Position numbers and translations under genes: made by a program. A stretch of DNA of 32,000 nt. Source: Gynuella sp. Its GTDB lineage: Bacteria > Pseudomonadota > Gammaproteobacteria > Pseudomonadales > Natronospirillaceae. Below the pieces are notes generated by a model. The model did no database searches and had not been told where the DNA came from. It was given only the letters and a program-made list of their open reading frames with translations. Below, one piece after another: positions 17,281 through 26,697 of this stretch (positions are counted from its first letter, which is position 1; the number at the start of each line of letters is the position of its first letter). Where the stretch lies: assembly GCA_028282465.1 (NCBI GenBank), contig JANQHX010000030.1, forward strand, positions 16,191-48,190, in the 5' to 3' direction.

Positions 17281-17568
17281 ATGTCAGAGACATCTGAGAT
17301 CAGTTGTCCAAGTCTCTTCACCATTCAGAGCGTAGAAGAATTCAAAGCAGTACTGGATCCACATATAGCAGAACTAAAAGACCTAGTACTGGATGCTAGC
17401 AATGTTGAAAAGGTGGACTCCTGCGGTCTTCAGTTGCTGGTTGCTGCCAAAGATAAACTGCAACAAGGGGGGGCTTCGATGAAGATCCATTCTCCTAGCG
17501 AAGTTGTGTTGAAAATTTCAAGAATTTTAGGTCTCGAAAAAGACCTGGAAATAACTGCAAGTGCATAA
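17281..17568 (+). CDS. STAS-domain protein (anti-sigma-factor-antagonist-like), first gene of the che block
   Basis: 95 aa. '..LDASNVEKVDSCGLQLLVAA..' matches the SpoIIAA/RsbV 'D-S-x-G-L' phospho-Ser motif (Ser47 by my count). AGGAAAGG RBS. The stop is 12 nt before cheY. Confidence 0.8.
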   Translation: MSETSEISCPSLFTIQSVEEFKAVLDPHIAELKDLVLDASNVEKVDSCGLQLLVAAKDKLQQGGASMKIHSPSEVVLKISRILGLEKDLEITASA

Positions 17569-17580
17569 TCGGAGATTCAA

Positions 17581-17943
17581 ATGAGTAGAATTTTGGCAGT
17601 TGATGATTCCGCCTCCATGCGACAAATGGTCTCATTCACATTGAAAGGAGCCGGATTTGATGTCACTGAAGCAGGAGACGGGCAAGAAGCATTAGAAATA
17701 GCGAAAAACAATGTATTCGATCTGGTTTTATCTGACGTCAATATGCCGGTGATGGACGGCATTACCCTGGTGAAAAACCTGAGAGAAATGTCCGATTACA
17801 AATACATTCCCATATTAATGCTAACGACTGAGTCATCTGGTAATAAAAAAATGGAAGGTAAAACTGCCGGCGCCACTGGTTGGATTGTCAAACCTTTTAA
17901 CCCTGATCAGCTTTTAAAAACCATCAATAAAGTTATGGGTTAA
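17581..17943 (+). CDS. cheY: CheY-like single-domain response regulator
   Basis: 120 aa with the DD pair (..LAVDDS..), phospho-acceptor ..LVLSDVNMP.., ..MLTTE.. and ..IVKPF.. Confidence 0.9.
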   Translation: MSRILAVDDSASMRQMVSFTLKGAGFDVTEAGDGQEALEIAKNNVFDLVLSDVNMPVMDGITLVKNLREMSDYKYIPILMLTTESSGNKKMEGKTAGATGWIVKPFNPDQLLKTINKVMG

Positions 17944-17980
17944 AACTGTTGGAGAAGTACCACCCAAGCGAGGGCAGCCA

Positions 17981-20119
17981 ATGAGTGGAATAGATTTAAG
18001 CCAATTTCATCAAGTGTTCTTTGAAGAAAGTTTTGAAGGACTAGATGTGATGGAAAATGGCTTATTGGGTTTAGATATTGGAAATGTTGATAACGAAACC
18101 ATTAACGATATCTTTCGCGCTGCGCATTCCATAAAGGGTGGCGGAGGTACGTTCGGTTTTTCAAGTGTTTCAGATTTTACCCATGTAGTAGAAACCCTAT
18201 TGGATGAAATTCGCGCTGGGCAAAGAGCAATCACCCGCGAATACGTTGACTTGTTTTTGTCATCTGTAGACTGCCTTCGAACCATGCTGACGGAATTGCA
18301 AGATGGTCAAGAACCCGACTTAACTGGCCCCAATAAATTAAAAGAAAAATTTGAAGCCGTATTAGAAACACCTTCTCAGACATCAGTAGAACCAGACGCA
18401 GAACCAACTACTGAAGGCGGATCAGAAAAAGTCAATGATTCTAAAGGTTGGGCAATTACCTTCATACCTGGAGCTGACATCTGTCGTACTGGTAATGAGC
18501 CCTATCGAATTATAAATGAACTAGAAGGGTTAGGTGAGCTAACCACTCAGTGCCATGTGGACAGTATCCCAGATTATGATGCCATGGAGCCAGAACAGAT
18601 GTTCCTCTATTGGCACTTCAAATTAATTTCAGATTGCTCACTTGAAGATGTAAAAAGCCCATTTGATTGGGTTGAAGATGAGTCAGAGCTGACCTTCACT
18701 CCTTTATCCGAAGAGTCAGTTCAATTAGATGAACAAGAACCAACTTCAGACGCTCAGTTCGCTGCCCAGGAAATGACAACTCAAGCTCAACCAGAGCCAA
18801 TTCAAGTTCAGGCTGATGACGCGCAAACGCAAAAAGAATCATTGTCTCCTCAGGCACCCGTAGCAGCCCAAAAGAAAACAGTTAAACCAGAATCTCAAAG
18901 TATTCGAGTAGGCATCGACAAAGTTGACTCATTGATAAACATGGTTGGCGAACTGGTGATTACACAGTCCATGCTGGGCCAACTGGGCAGAGATTTTCAT
19001 ATGGATCGGCTGCACCGACTTCAGGAAGGTCTCACTCAACTGGAACATCACACGCGAGAACTTCAAGAGAGTGTAATGCGCATTCGAATGTTGCCTATCA
19101 GTTTTTCGTTCAGTCGATTTCCAAGGTTGGTGAGAGATTTATCCTCAAAACTAGGAAAGAAAGTTGACTTAGTTTTATTAGGTGAAAATACCGAGCTCGA
19201 TAAAACCGTTATGGAAAAAATTGGTGATCCCTTAGTGCATATGGTCAGAAATTCGCTGGACCATGGCTTGGAAACCCCTGAAAAAAGAAAGGCATCTGGT
19301 AAATCCGAAGTAGGCACTCTGACATTAAATGCCTATCACCATGGCGGCAACATTATTATTGAAATAATAGATGACGGCGCAGGAATAAATGAAGAAAAAA
19401 TTCTATCGAAAGCTATAGAAAATGGCTTAGTTGCACCCACTGACTCCCTAACTCCAGAGCAGGTTCAAGACCTCATTTTTCATCCAGGGTTTTCAACTGC
19501 TGATGAAATCAGTGATGTGTCTGGCCGTGGTGTTGGAATGGATGTGGTACGAAGAAACATTCAGGCCTTGAATGGTTCGGTCGAAGTTCATTCAGTACCA
19601 GGTGAGGGGTCTACTTTTAAAATTCGATTGCCGTTAACCCTTGCTATATTAGATGGGCAATTAGTTCGAGTTGGCCCTGAAACCTATATTCTGCCTCTGG
19701 TCAGTATTGTTGAGTCCATTCAAATTGATCCTACCTTGGTTAATTCCGTCGGTGGTGGTTTTGAAGTTTACCGTCTGAGAAATGAATACGTACCTATTAT
19801 TAGACTGTTTGACGTGATGAATGTGGAGCCTGATAGCCAAACCCTAAGTGACGGCCTTTTAGTAGTGGTAGAAGGTGAAAATAAAAAAGTTGGGTTTGTG
19901 ATTGATGATCTTCTTGCTCAACAACAGGTAGTGATTAAGAGCTTGGAGTCCAACTATAAAAAAGTCGAGGGCATCAGTGGTGCCACGATTTTAGGCGATG
20001 GTACGGTAGCGCTCATTTTAGATATTACTGGCTTAATTCAAGTGGCTGGCATTAAAGCTAGTACATTAAATCAATTAAAAGAATTAGAGAAGTCAGCTCA
20101 GGGCGATGAAGCCGCGTAA
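17981..20119 (+). CDS. cheA: chemotaxis histidine kinase CheA
   Basis: P1 Hpt 'AAHSIKGGGGTFG', a dimerisation region, HATPase boxes (..HMVRNSLDHG.., ..DDGAGI.., ..GRGVGMDVV..) and a C-terminal CheW-like domain. Confidence 0.95.
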   Translation: MSGIDLSQFHQVFFEESFEGLDVMENGLLGLDIGNVDNETINDIFRAAHSIKGGGGTFGFSSVSDFTHVVETLLDEIRAGQRAITREYVDLFLSSVDCLRTMLTELQDGQEPDLTGPNKLKEKFEAVLETPSQTSVEPDAEPTTEGGSEKVNDSKGWAITFIPGADICRTGNEPYRIINELEGLGELTTQCHVDSIPDYDAMEPEQMFLYWHFKLISDCSLEDVKSPFDWVEDESELTFTPLSEESVQLDEQEPTSDAQFAAQEMTTQAQPEPIQVQADDAQTQKESLSPQAPVAAQKKTVKPESQSIRVGIDKVDSLINMVGELVITQSMLGQLGRDFHMDRLHRLQEGLTQLEHHTRELQESVMRIRMLPISFSFSRFPRLVRDLSSKLGKKVDLVLLGENTELDKTVMEKIGDPLVHMVRNSLDHGLETPEKRKASGKSEVGTLTLNAYHHGGNIIIEIIDDGAGINEEKILSKAIENGLVAPTDSLTPEQVQDLIFHPGFSTADEISDVSGRGVGMDVVRRNIQALNGSVEVHSVPGEGSTFKIRLPLTLAILDGQLVRVGPETYILPLVSIVESIQIDPTLVNSVGGGFEVYRLRNEYVPIIRLFDVMNVEPDSQTLSDGLLVVVEGENKKVGFVIDDLLAQQQVVIKSLESNYKKVEGISGATILGDGTVALILDITGLIQVAGIKASTLNQLKELEKSAQGDEAA

Positions 20120-20151
20120 AAAACTAACATTACTCAGCGAGTGAGATAAAT

Positions 20152-20682
20152 ATGGAAGCTGAATTAGAAAATGCCATAGAAGAAACGGGTGAGTCAGAGC
20201 AATATCTCACCTTCATCATGGCAGACGAAGAATATGGTGTGGATATCCTTAGTGTTCAAGAAATACGAGGTTGGGAGCCCTGTACACAAATTCCCAATTC
20301 ACCTTCTTTTATGAAAGGTGTTATCAATTTACGCGGCACTATTGTTCCCATTATTGATCTTCGGGAACGCTTCGGATTAAAAACGGTTGAATACAGCCCG
20401 ACTACTGTTGTTATCGTTTTAAAGTTAGAAACCGAAAAAGGTAATAGAGTTTCTGGCATTGTGGTAGATGCGGTATCCGATGTGTATACGCTCGCAAAAA
20501 AAGATATGAAAGATGCACCTAATATCGGCGAAAAAATGAATGTGTCTTTCATAAAAGGATTAATTAACGTTAATGACAAGATGGTGATACTGCTTGAGTT
20601 AGAAACTTTAGTGGGCACGGATGAGATTGAAAATTTTGCAGAAATAGCTTCTATGGTTTCTAAAAACTCGGTTGCGGAGTAA
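20152..20682 (+). CDS. cheW: coupling protein CheW
   Basis: 176 aa with the typical ..QYLTFIMADEEYGVDILSVQEIRGW..VINLRGTIVPIIDLRERFG.. Confidence 0.92.
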   Translation: MEAELENAIEETGESEQYLTFIMADEEYGVDILSVQEIRGWEPCTQIPNSPSFMKGVINLRGTIVPIIDLRERFGLKTVEYSPTTVVIVLKLETEKGNRVSGIVVDAVSDVYTLAKKDMKDAPNIGEKMNVSFIKGLINVNDKMVILLELETLVGTDEIENFAEIASMVSKNSVAE

Positions 20683-20688
20683 AAGAAT

Positions 20689-23600
20689 ATGAATAGATTA
20701 AGTGATACCGAAGGTTGGCTGGAACGGGTTAATTTTTTAAGATCGTTAAGAGTGTCAGCAAAACTCACCCTAGCTGCCGCAGTAACTTTTATATTAATTG
20801 GTTACTTAGCCTATTCATTAAACGCTAACATAAACTCTCAAATTGAATTTAATGCCAAAGAATCGCTGGGTACCAATTACTTAATGCCAGCATACGATTT
20901 AATTAAATTTATGCAGGTGCATAGAGGTACTACTAACGCCTATTTAAACGGCAATGAAGCCGCTAAGGATAGGGCTCTGGGAGCAAGGTCAAATTTAGAT
21001 AAAGCATTTAATTCCGCGATACAGGCTTTGCAAGCATCAGGTGATCCCTTAAATATTCAGGGTGATATTGAATCACTTTCAGACTATTGGAACGAATTAA
21101 AGAACCGCGCATTTGAGGGCCCAGCTCCGGAAGTATTTGTAGACCATTCAGACATGATTAGCAACACTCAAAACGTCATTGTCAAAGTGGCGGACTCTTC
21201 TAACCTAACCTTAGACCCTGAGCTTGATACCTTTTATTTAATGGAGATAGTGAGTTTTAGACTTCACGCGCTGACTGAATACATGGGGCAGTTACGTGGC
21301 GCGGGTTCTGGCATGATCGCCTCAGGAAATTATTCGAAAGATCGGTTAATCGGGTTTGCTAAATTAGAGGGTAAGGTAGACATAGATGGACTAGAGAATT
21401 CCTTGAATTCCGCTTATGCCGATAACCCCGAGTTAAAAAATATCCTAGGTAACGAATCTCGACAAGTTGTAGAAAAATCACGAACATTTTTCAATCAAGT
21501 GGGTTATCTGGTTCAAAATGAAAATTCAAACATTTCCAGTTCAGAGTATTTTGATTTAGGAACCAGTGCAATTAACTCAATTTATGACTTCGCTGACTCG
21601 GTTAATCAAGAGCTTAAAAGGCTGATTGATATTCGCGTGTCAGACATGAAGACTGAACGCAATAATTTGCTAGCAAAGACTATCTTAGGCGTTGCACTGT
21701 CTCTAGTTTTTATTGTTTTATCCATCAGTGGGGTCGTTTCTCCGGTTAAGCGCACGCAATCATTACTTCAAGCCATTGGCGATGGCAAACTCGACAATAA
21801 GATCCTAATTAATAGTAAGGACGAACTCGGAGAAATGCTGAAAACCTTAGAGTCAATGCAAAAGCAAATGAAAGACTCTATTGAAGAACAGCGACGTATT
21901 TCAGACGAAGCCTTGAGGGTGAAAAGTGCACTGGATGTTTGCGATACTTCAGTCATGATGGCCGATAAAAACCTCAATATCATTTATATGAACAAATCAG
22001 TTCAAGATATGATGATAGAGGTGGAAGAAGATTTGGTTAAGGACTTGCCAAACTTCAATGCACGTAAGTTGATGGGGGCGAACATCGACCAGTTTCATAA
22101 AAAACCCCAGCATCAACGAGAACTTCTAAAAACACTCAATAAAGCTCATCAAGCTCGAATTAAAATTTCAGACTTAACATTTAAGCTAATAGCGACACCT
22201 ATTTTTAACGTAAATAATGAACGTATTGGAACCGTGATCGAGTGGCAAAACATCACAGCTGAGCTCGCTGCTGAAATGGAACAAAGGATGATTGCAGATG
22301 CCAATGCCCGAGTGAAGCAAGCATTGGATTGGGTAACCACTAACGCCATGGTAGCCGATTCTGATTTCAATATTGTGTATACCAATAAATCATTGCAAAA
22401 CATGATGAAGGAAGCAGAACATGATTTAAAAACAGCATTACCGAACTTTGATGCCGATAATCTTGTGGGTAAAAATATTGATGTATTCCATAAAAATCCA
22501 TCACATCAGAGAAACCTCTTGTCGAGCTTAACTGGTACTCATAAAACACAAATTGAAGTAGGTGGCAGAGTTTTCTCTCTCATCGCCAATCCAGTCGTAA
22601 ATGATGACGGAGCGAAAATTGGTGCAGTCGTTGAGTGGAACGACAGAACCAAGGAAGTATCTATAGAACAAGAAATAGATAACCTAGTTGATACCGCTGC
22701 GAGAGGTGACTTAACCGTTCGTGTTAGTGAAGAAGGTAAGTCTGGTTTCTACATGAACTTGGCGCAAGGTCTGAATCGTTTAATAGCTATTTCTGATGGT
22801 GTGGTTAATGACACGGCAAGAGTGCTGGACGGAATGGCTCATGGTGATCTGACTGAGACCATTGAAAAAGACTACGAAGGTTCGTTTGGAAAGCTAAAAC
22901 GAGATGCCAACGCAACGGTTGAAAAGTTAACGGAAATTATTTCCCAAATTAGAGAGTCAGCGAATACCGTAACAACAGGTGCCAGTGAAATTGCTCAGGG
23001 TAATGCTGATTTAAGTCAGCGAACGGAAGAGCAGGCTTCGTCACTTGAAGAAACGGCTTCTTCAATGGAAGAAATGACCAGTGCAGTACGACAAAGTGCA
23101 GAAAATGCCAGTCGAGCCAATAGCCTAGCCGCCGAAGCAAAAGACAAAGCGCAAACCGGTGGTGAAGTGGTGGATCGAGCAGTGAAAGCCATGGAAGAAA
23201 TTAATTCAGCCAGTAAGAAGATATCCGACATCATTGGTGTCATTGATGAAATTGCATTTCAAACCAATCTACTGGCTCTGAACGCGGCGGTTGAAGCGGC
23301 ACGAGCCGGTGAACAAGGTCGAGGTTTTGCTGTGGTAGCCGGTGAAGTGAGAAGTTTGGCTCAACGATCTGCAGGTGCAGCAAAAGAAATTAAAGACCTT
23401 ATTCGCGACAGTGTTGAAAAGGTGGATGCCGGTACTCAGCTGGTGAATGAATCTGGCCAAACCCTTTCAGACATTGTGACATCGGTGGAAAAAGTTTCGG
23501 GTATGGTGAGCGATATTTCTAACGCTTCTCAAGAACAAACCAGTGGCATAGAGCAGGTTAATAAAGCCGTTTCTCAAATGGATGAAATGACTCAACAGAA

Positions 23601-23850
23601 TGCCGCTCTCGTTGAACAAGCCTCAGCAGCTGGTGAAGCCATGGCGGATCAAGCCAGAAGCATGATGAAGCTTATGCAGTTTTTCACCACAGATGCTCAC
23701 CAAGTCGCCACGGCTGCTGTTTCAGAATCCGGTGCGCATAAAACCCCAAAGACTACCTCGGCAGAACCTGATCACAATGTGATTAAGTCGCCGGTAATGG
23801 GCAATGCCCAACAAGTATCAGACCCCGAAGATGAGTGGGAAGAGTTTTAA
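20689..23850 (+). CDS. methyl-accepting chemotaxis protein: TM1, ~280-aa NIT-like periplasmic domain, TM2, HAMP, two Aer2-like PAS domains, di-HAMP, MA domain, C-terminal EWEEF
   Basis: 1053 aa. Hydrophobic segments lie at aa ~24-44 and ~326-350. The PAS motifs 'FHKKPQHQR' and 'FHKNPSHQR' are each followed by a Trp 49 residues later. The hairpin tip is ..[38 protein letters not shown]... GGAG RBS. Confidence 0.93.
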   Translation: MNRLSDTEGWLERVNFLRSLRVSAKLTLAAAVTFILIGYLAYSLNANINSQIEFNAKESLGTNYLMPAYDLIKFMQVHRGTTNAYLNGNEAAKDRALGARSNLDKAFNSAIQALQASGDPLNIQGDIESLSDYWNELKNRAFEGPAPEVFVDHSDMISNTQNVIVKVADSSNLTLDPELDTFYLMEIVSFRLHALTEYMGQLRGAGSGMIASGNYSKDRLIGFAKLEGKVDIDGLENSLNSAYADNPELKNILGNESRQVVEKSRTFFNQVGYLVQNENSNISSSEYFDLGTSAINSIYDFADSVNQELKRLIDIRVSDMKTERNNLLAKTILGVALSLVFIVLSISGVVSPVKRTQSLLQAIGDGKLDNKILINSKDELGEMLKTLESMQKQMKDSIEEQRRISDEALRVKSALDVCDTSVMMADKNLNIIYMNKSVQDMMIEVEEDLVKDLPNFNARKLMGANIDQFHKKPQHQRELLKTLNKAHQARIKISDLTFKLIATPIFNVNNERIGTVIEWQNITAELAAEMEQRMIADANARVKQALDWVTTNAMVADSDFNIVYTNKSLQNMMKEAEHDLKTALPNFDADNLVGKNIDVFHKNPSHQRNLLSSLTGTHKTQIEVGGRVFSLIANPVVNDDGAKIGAVVEWNDRTKEVSIEQEIDNLVDTAARGDLTVRVSEEGKSGFYMNLAQGLNRLIAISDGVVNDTARVLDGMAHGDLTETIEKDYEGSFGKLKRDANATVEKLTEIISQIRESANTVTTGASEIAQGNADLSQRTEEQASSLEETASSMEEMTSAVRQSAENASRANSLAAEAKDKAQTGGEVVDRAVKAMEEINSASKKISDIIGVIDEIAFQTNLLALNAAVEAARAGEQGRGFAVVAGEVRSLAQRSAGAAKEIKDLIRDSVEKVDAGTQLVNESGQTLSDIVTSVEKVSGMVSDISNASQEQTSGIEQVNKAVSQMDEMTQQNAALVEQASAAGEAMADQARSMMKLMQFFTTDAHQVATAAVSESGAHKTPKTTSAEPDHNVIKSPVMGNAQQVSDPEDEWEEF

Positions 23851-23863
23851 GGAGCAGTAAAAT

Positions 23864-26647
23864 ATGGCTGATCAGCCGAGTAGAAAACCAAGGAGGCTTT
23901 CACTTAAGTCAATTCAGATAAAGCTATTTGCATTCCTGGCGTTAGTTGGGGTTAGTGTGGCCATACAGTCGCTTATGCAAATTAGCTCTGCTAATAAGTC
24001 AGTTGATCAAATTCACTATCTAAATGATATCGAAATCAAGCGGGTTAATTATTCGCAGGATTTAAAGTTTTACATCACGCAAGTTCAGCAATGGTTAACT
24101 GATATCAGCGCAACTCGAGGTCTGGATGGACTAGACAGTGGTTTTGATAAGGCTGCGGAATACCGATTAAAGTTCTTTGATCTTCTACAAGAGCTCAAAG
24201 CACTCGACACGGCAAATATCGATTTATTCGAGGATATCAATAATAAATTTCAAATTTACTATGATACTGGCGTCACAATGGCTCAAGGCTATGTAACTCG
24301 CGGGCCTGTACAAGGAAATATACTAAAAAGGGAATTTAATGATGAAGCCCGAGAGATTAATACTCTGCTTGATGGGTACGTGAAAGATACTCAACAGGAA
24401 ATGAACGATCTGGTAGCCCTCCAGCTTGCAGAGTTGAATCGTAATAAAATCACCACTGAAGCATTTGCTGGTTGGTATGGCGTGCTCTCTGTCGTAATGA
24501 TTTTTGGATTGGTTTACTGGATAAGAAGACCTTTTCAAAACTTTCATGAAAAGCTGACTAATTTACTGAAATTTCAGGAAGAGCAAAGTAATTATCGGAT
24601 AGACATAAGTGATATAGATACCGACGAAGATACTGAGATAGGTCGGTTCGGAAATGTACTGTCAGCCATTATTGTGAATCAAGAAAAAACACGTTTAATC
24701 ATGGAAGAAAACTCTGTTCGTCAGACTCAAATAGAAAAGGCATTAGACGTTTGTGATACCTGCGTCATGATGGCAGACAACGACCTAACTATTCGATACA
24801 TGAACCATTCCGTTCAAGAGATGATGCAAGAAGTTGAGCCAAAGCTGAAAGAGTCTCTACCAAACTTTAATGCCTCCACCTTACTGGGTTCTAACGTAGA
24901 CCAATTTCATGTTAAGCCGCAACATCAGAGGACGATACTTAAGGAGTTGACTCAGCCTTATCAGGCAAGAATTAAAGTTTCAGGCCTTTCATTCAACTTG
25001 ATTGCTACACCCATATTTAGTGATTCCAATGAAAGGCTTGGAACTGTCATTGAGTGGAAAAATATTACTCAGGAATTAGCTGACCAAGAAAAGAGTAAAA
25101 AAATTGCTGATGCCAACTCCAGAGTCAAACAGGCATTGGATAACGTCAATACCAATGCAATGGTTGCAGATTCCGATTTTAATATTGTGTATATGAACGA
25201 GTCGGTTCAGAACATGATGCTTGCGGCGGAAGCTGATTTGAAAAAACAGCTTCCAAACTTTGACGCTAAGAATTTGTTAGGTCAAAACATAGATATATTT
25301 CATAAGAATCCAGCGCACCAACGAAATCTTTTGAGTCATCTAAATGATACCTTTCGAACTCAGATCCAGGTGGGTGGCAGAACTTTTGGATTAATCGCAA
25401 ACCCAGTCTTTAACGAAGCAAAAGAAAAAATTGGCGCGGTAGTGGAGTGGGAAGACCGCACCATTGAGGTGGCGGTAGAGCATGAAATTGATCATCTGGT
25501 TGATAATGCTCTAAAAGGCAATTTGGCTGTTCGTATTGGTGAAGAGGGCAAAGAAGGTTTTTATAAAACCCTGGCTCAGGGGCTAAATAAATTGGTGGGT
25601 ATTGCTGATGATGTCGTCAATGATACCGCTGAAGTGTTGGATGCAATGGCCCATGGTGATCTTACCAAGACAATAGACAAAGAATATCAAGGGGCTTTTG
25701 GGAAACTCAAACAAGATGCTAACGCAACAGTAGAAAAACTCACAGAAATTATTTCTCAAATTCGTGAGTCAGCAGATACTGTGACGACAGGTGCAAGTGA
25801 AATTGCCCAGGGTAATGCAGACTTAAGTCAGCGTACAGAATCACAAGCCTCTTCACTTCAAGAAACCGCTTCTTCAATGGAGCAAATGACCAGCGCAGTA
25901 AAACAGAGTGCAGAAAATGCCAGTCAAGCGAATACTCTCGCAGCGGAAGCTAAAGATAAAGCACAATCTGGCGGGCAAGTGGTTGATCGCGCAGTCAAAG
26001 CCATGGAGGAGATAAATTCCTCCAGTAATAAAATATCCGACATCATTGGTGTTATTGATGAAATAGCATTTCAAACCAATCTTCTTGCCTTAAATGCAGC
26101 GGTGGAAGCCGCTCGTGCAGGTGAGCAAGGTCGTGGCTTTGCAGTGGTTGCAGGTGAAGTCCGTAGTCTAGCTCAGAGGTCAGCTGGCGCGGCGAAAGAG
26201 ATTAAAGATCTCATTAGAGACAGTGTCGAAAAAGTGGATTCTGGTACTCAATTAGTTAATGAATCTGGAGAAACACTTGCTGCCATCGTGTCATCTGTCG
26301 AAAAAGTGTCGAGCATGGTGAATGACATTGCTTCAACTGCCCATGAGCAAACCAATGGTATCGACCAAGTGAATATAGCCGTGTCGCAAATGGATGAGAT
26401 GACCCAACAGAATGCCGCGCTTGTAGAAGAAGCATCGGCTGCGGGTGAGGCGATGGCTGATCAAGCTCGCAATATGATGAAGCTAATGGAATTTTTCTCT
26501 ATTGGCCAAGACTCAGCTATCAGTCATGCGGCGGCGACTCAATCAGTTACTTCTAAATCAAGTATGACGCATCATGTTACGAACTCCCCAGCGGGTGGAC
26601 TATCGCCGACAGTATCTGATGTTGATGACGAGTGGGCTGAGTTTTAA
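23864..26647 (+). CDS. methyl-accepting chemotaxis protein, paralog: TM1, ~155-aa helical periplasmic domain, TM2, linker, two Aer2-like PAS domains, di-HAMP, MA domain, C-terminal EWAEF
   Basis: 927 aa. From PAS1 onward it is collinear with, and highly similar to, the upstream MCP, while the N-terminal sensor is unrelated. AGGAG RBS. Confidence 0.93.
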   Translation: MADQPSRKPRRLSLKSIQIKLFAFLALVGVSVAIQSLMQISSANKSVDQIHYLNDIEIKRVNYSQDLKFYITQVQQWLTDISATRGLDGLDSGFDKAAEYRLKFFDLLQELKALDTANIDLFEDINNKFQIYYDTGVTMAQGYVTRGPVQGNILKREFNDEAREINTLLDGYVKDTQQEMNDLVALQLAELNRNKITTEAFAGWYGVLSVVMIFGLVYWIRRPFQNFHEKLTNLLKFQEEQSNYRIDISDIDTDEDTEIGRFGNVLSAIIVNQEKTRLIMEENSVRQTQIEKALDVCDTCVMMADNDLTIRYMNHSVQEMMQEVEPKLKESLPNFNASTLLGSNVDQFHVKPQHQRTILKELTQPYQARIKVSGLSFNLIATPIFSDSNERLGTVIEWKNITQELADQEKSKKIADANSRVKQALDNVNTNAMVADSDFNIVYMNESVQNMMLAAEADLKKQLPNFDAKNLLGQNIDIFHKNPAHQRNLLSHLNDTFRTQIQVGGRTFGLIANPVFNEAKEKIGAVVEWEDRTIEVAVEHEIDHLVDNALKGNLAVRIGEEGKEGFYKTLAQGLNKLVGIADDVVNDTAEVLDAMAHGDLTKTIDKEYQGAFGKLKQDANATVEKLTEIISQIRESADTVTTGASEIAQGNADLSQRTESQASSLQETASSMEQMTSAVKQSAENASQANTLAAEAKDKAQSGGQVVDRAVKAMEEINSSSNKISDIIGVIDEIAFQTNLLALNAAVEAARAGEQGRGFAVVAGEVRSLAQRSAGAAKEIKDLIRDSVEKVDSGTQLVNESGETLAAIVSSVEKVSSMVNDIASTAHEQTNGIDQVNIAVSQMDEMTQQNAALVEEASAAGEAMADQARNMMKLMEFFSIGQDSAISHAAATQSVTSKSSMTHHVTNSPAGGLSPTVSDVDDEWAEF

Positions 26648-26697
26648 TTAACTCAGTTCTAAACCAGTAAATTTGCCTAAAGGTCGTACTTCAATCA

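Noticed and set aside
20256-20768. 170-aa minus-strand ORF covering cheW and the start of the first MCP
   Set aside because: It is fully antisense to two well-supported genes, its composition is low-complexity Ser/Thr/Phe-rich, and it has no RBS or recognisable motif. It is a typical shadow ORF.
26648-26697. A sigma28-like promoter in front of cheR (..CTAAACCAGTAAATTTGCCTAAAGG..)
   Set aside because: No register gives both a TAAA-type -35 and a GCCGATAA-type -10 at the required spacing.
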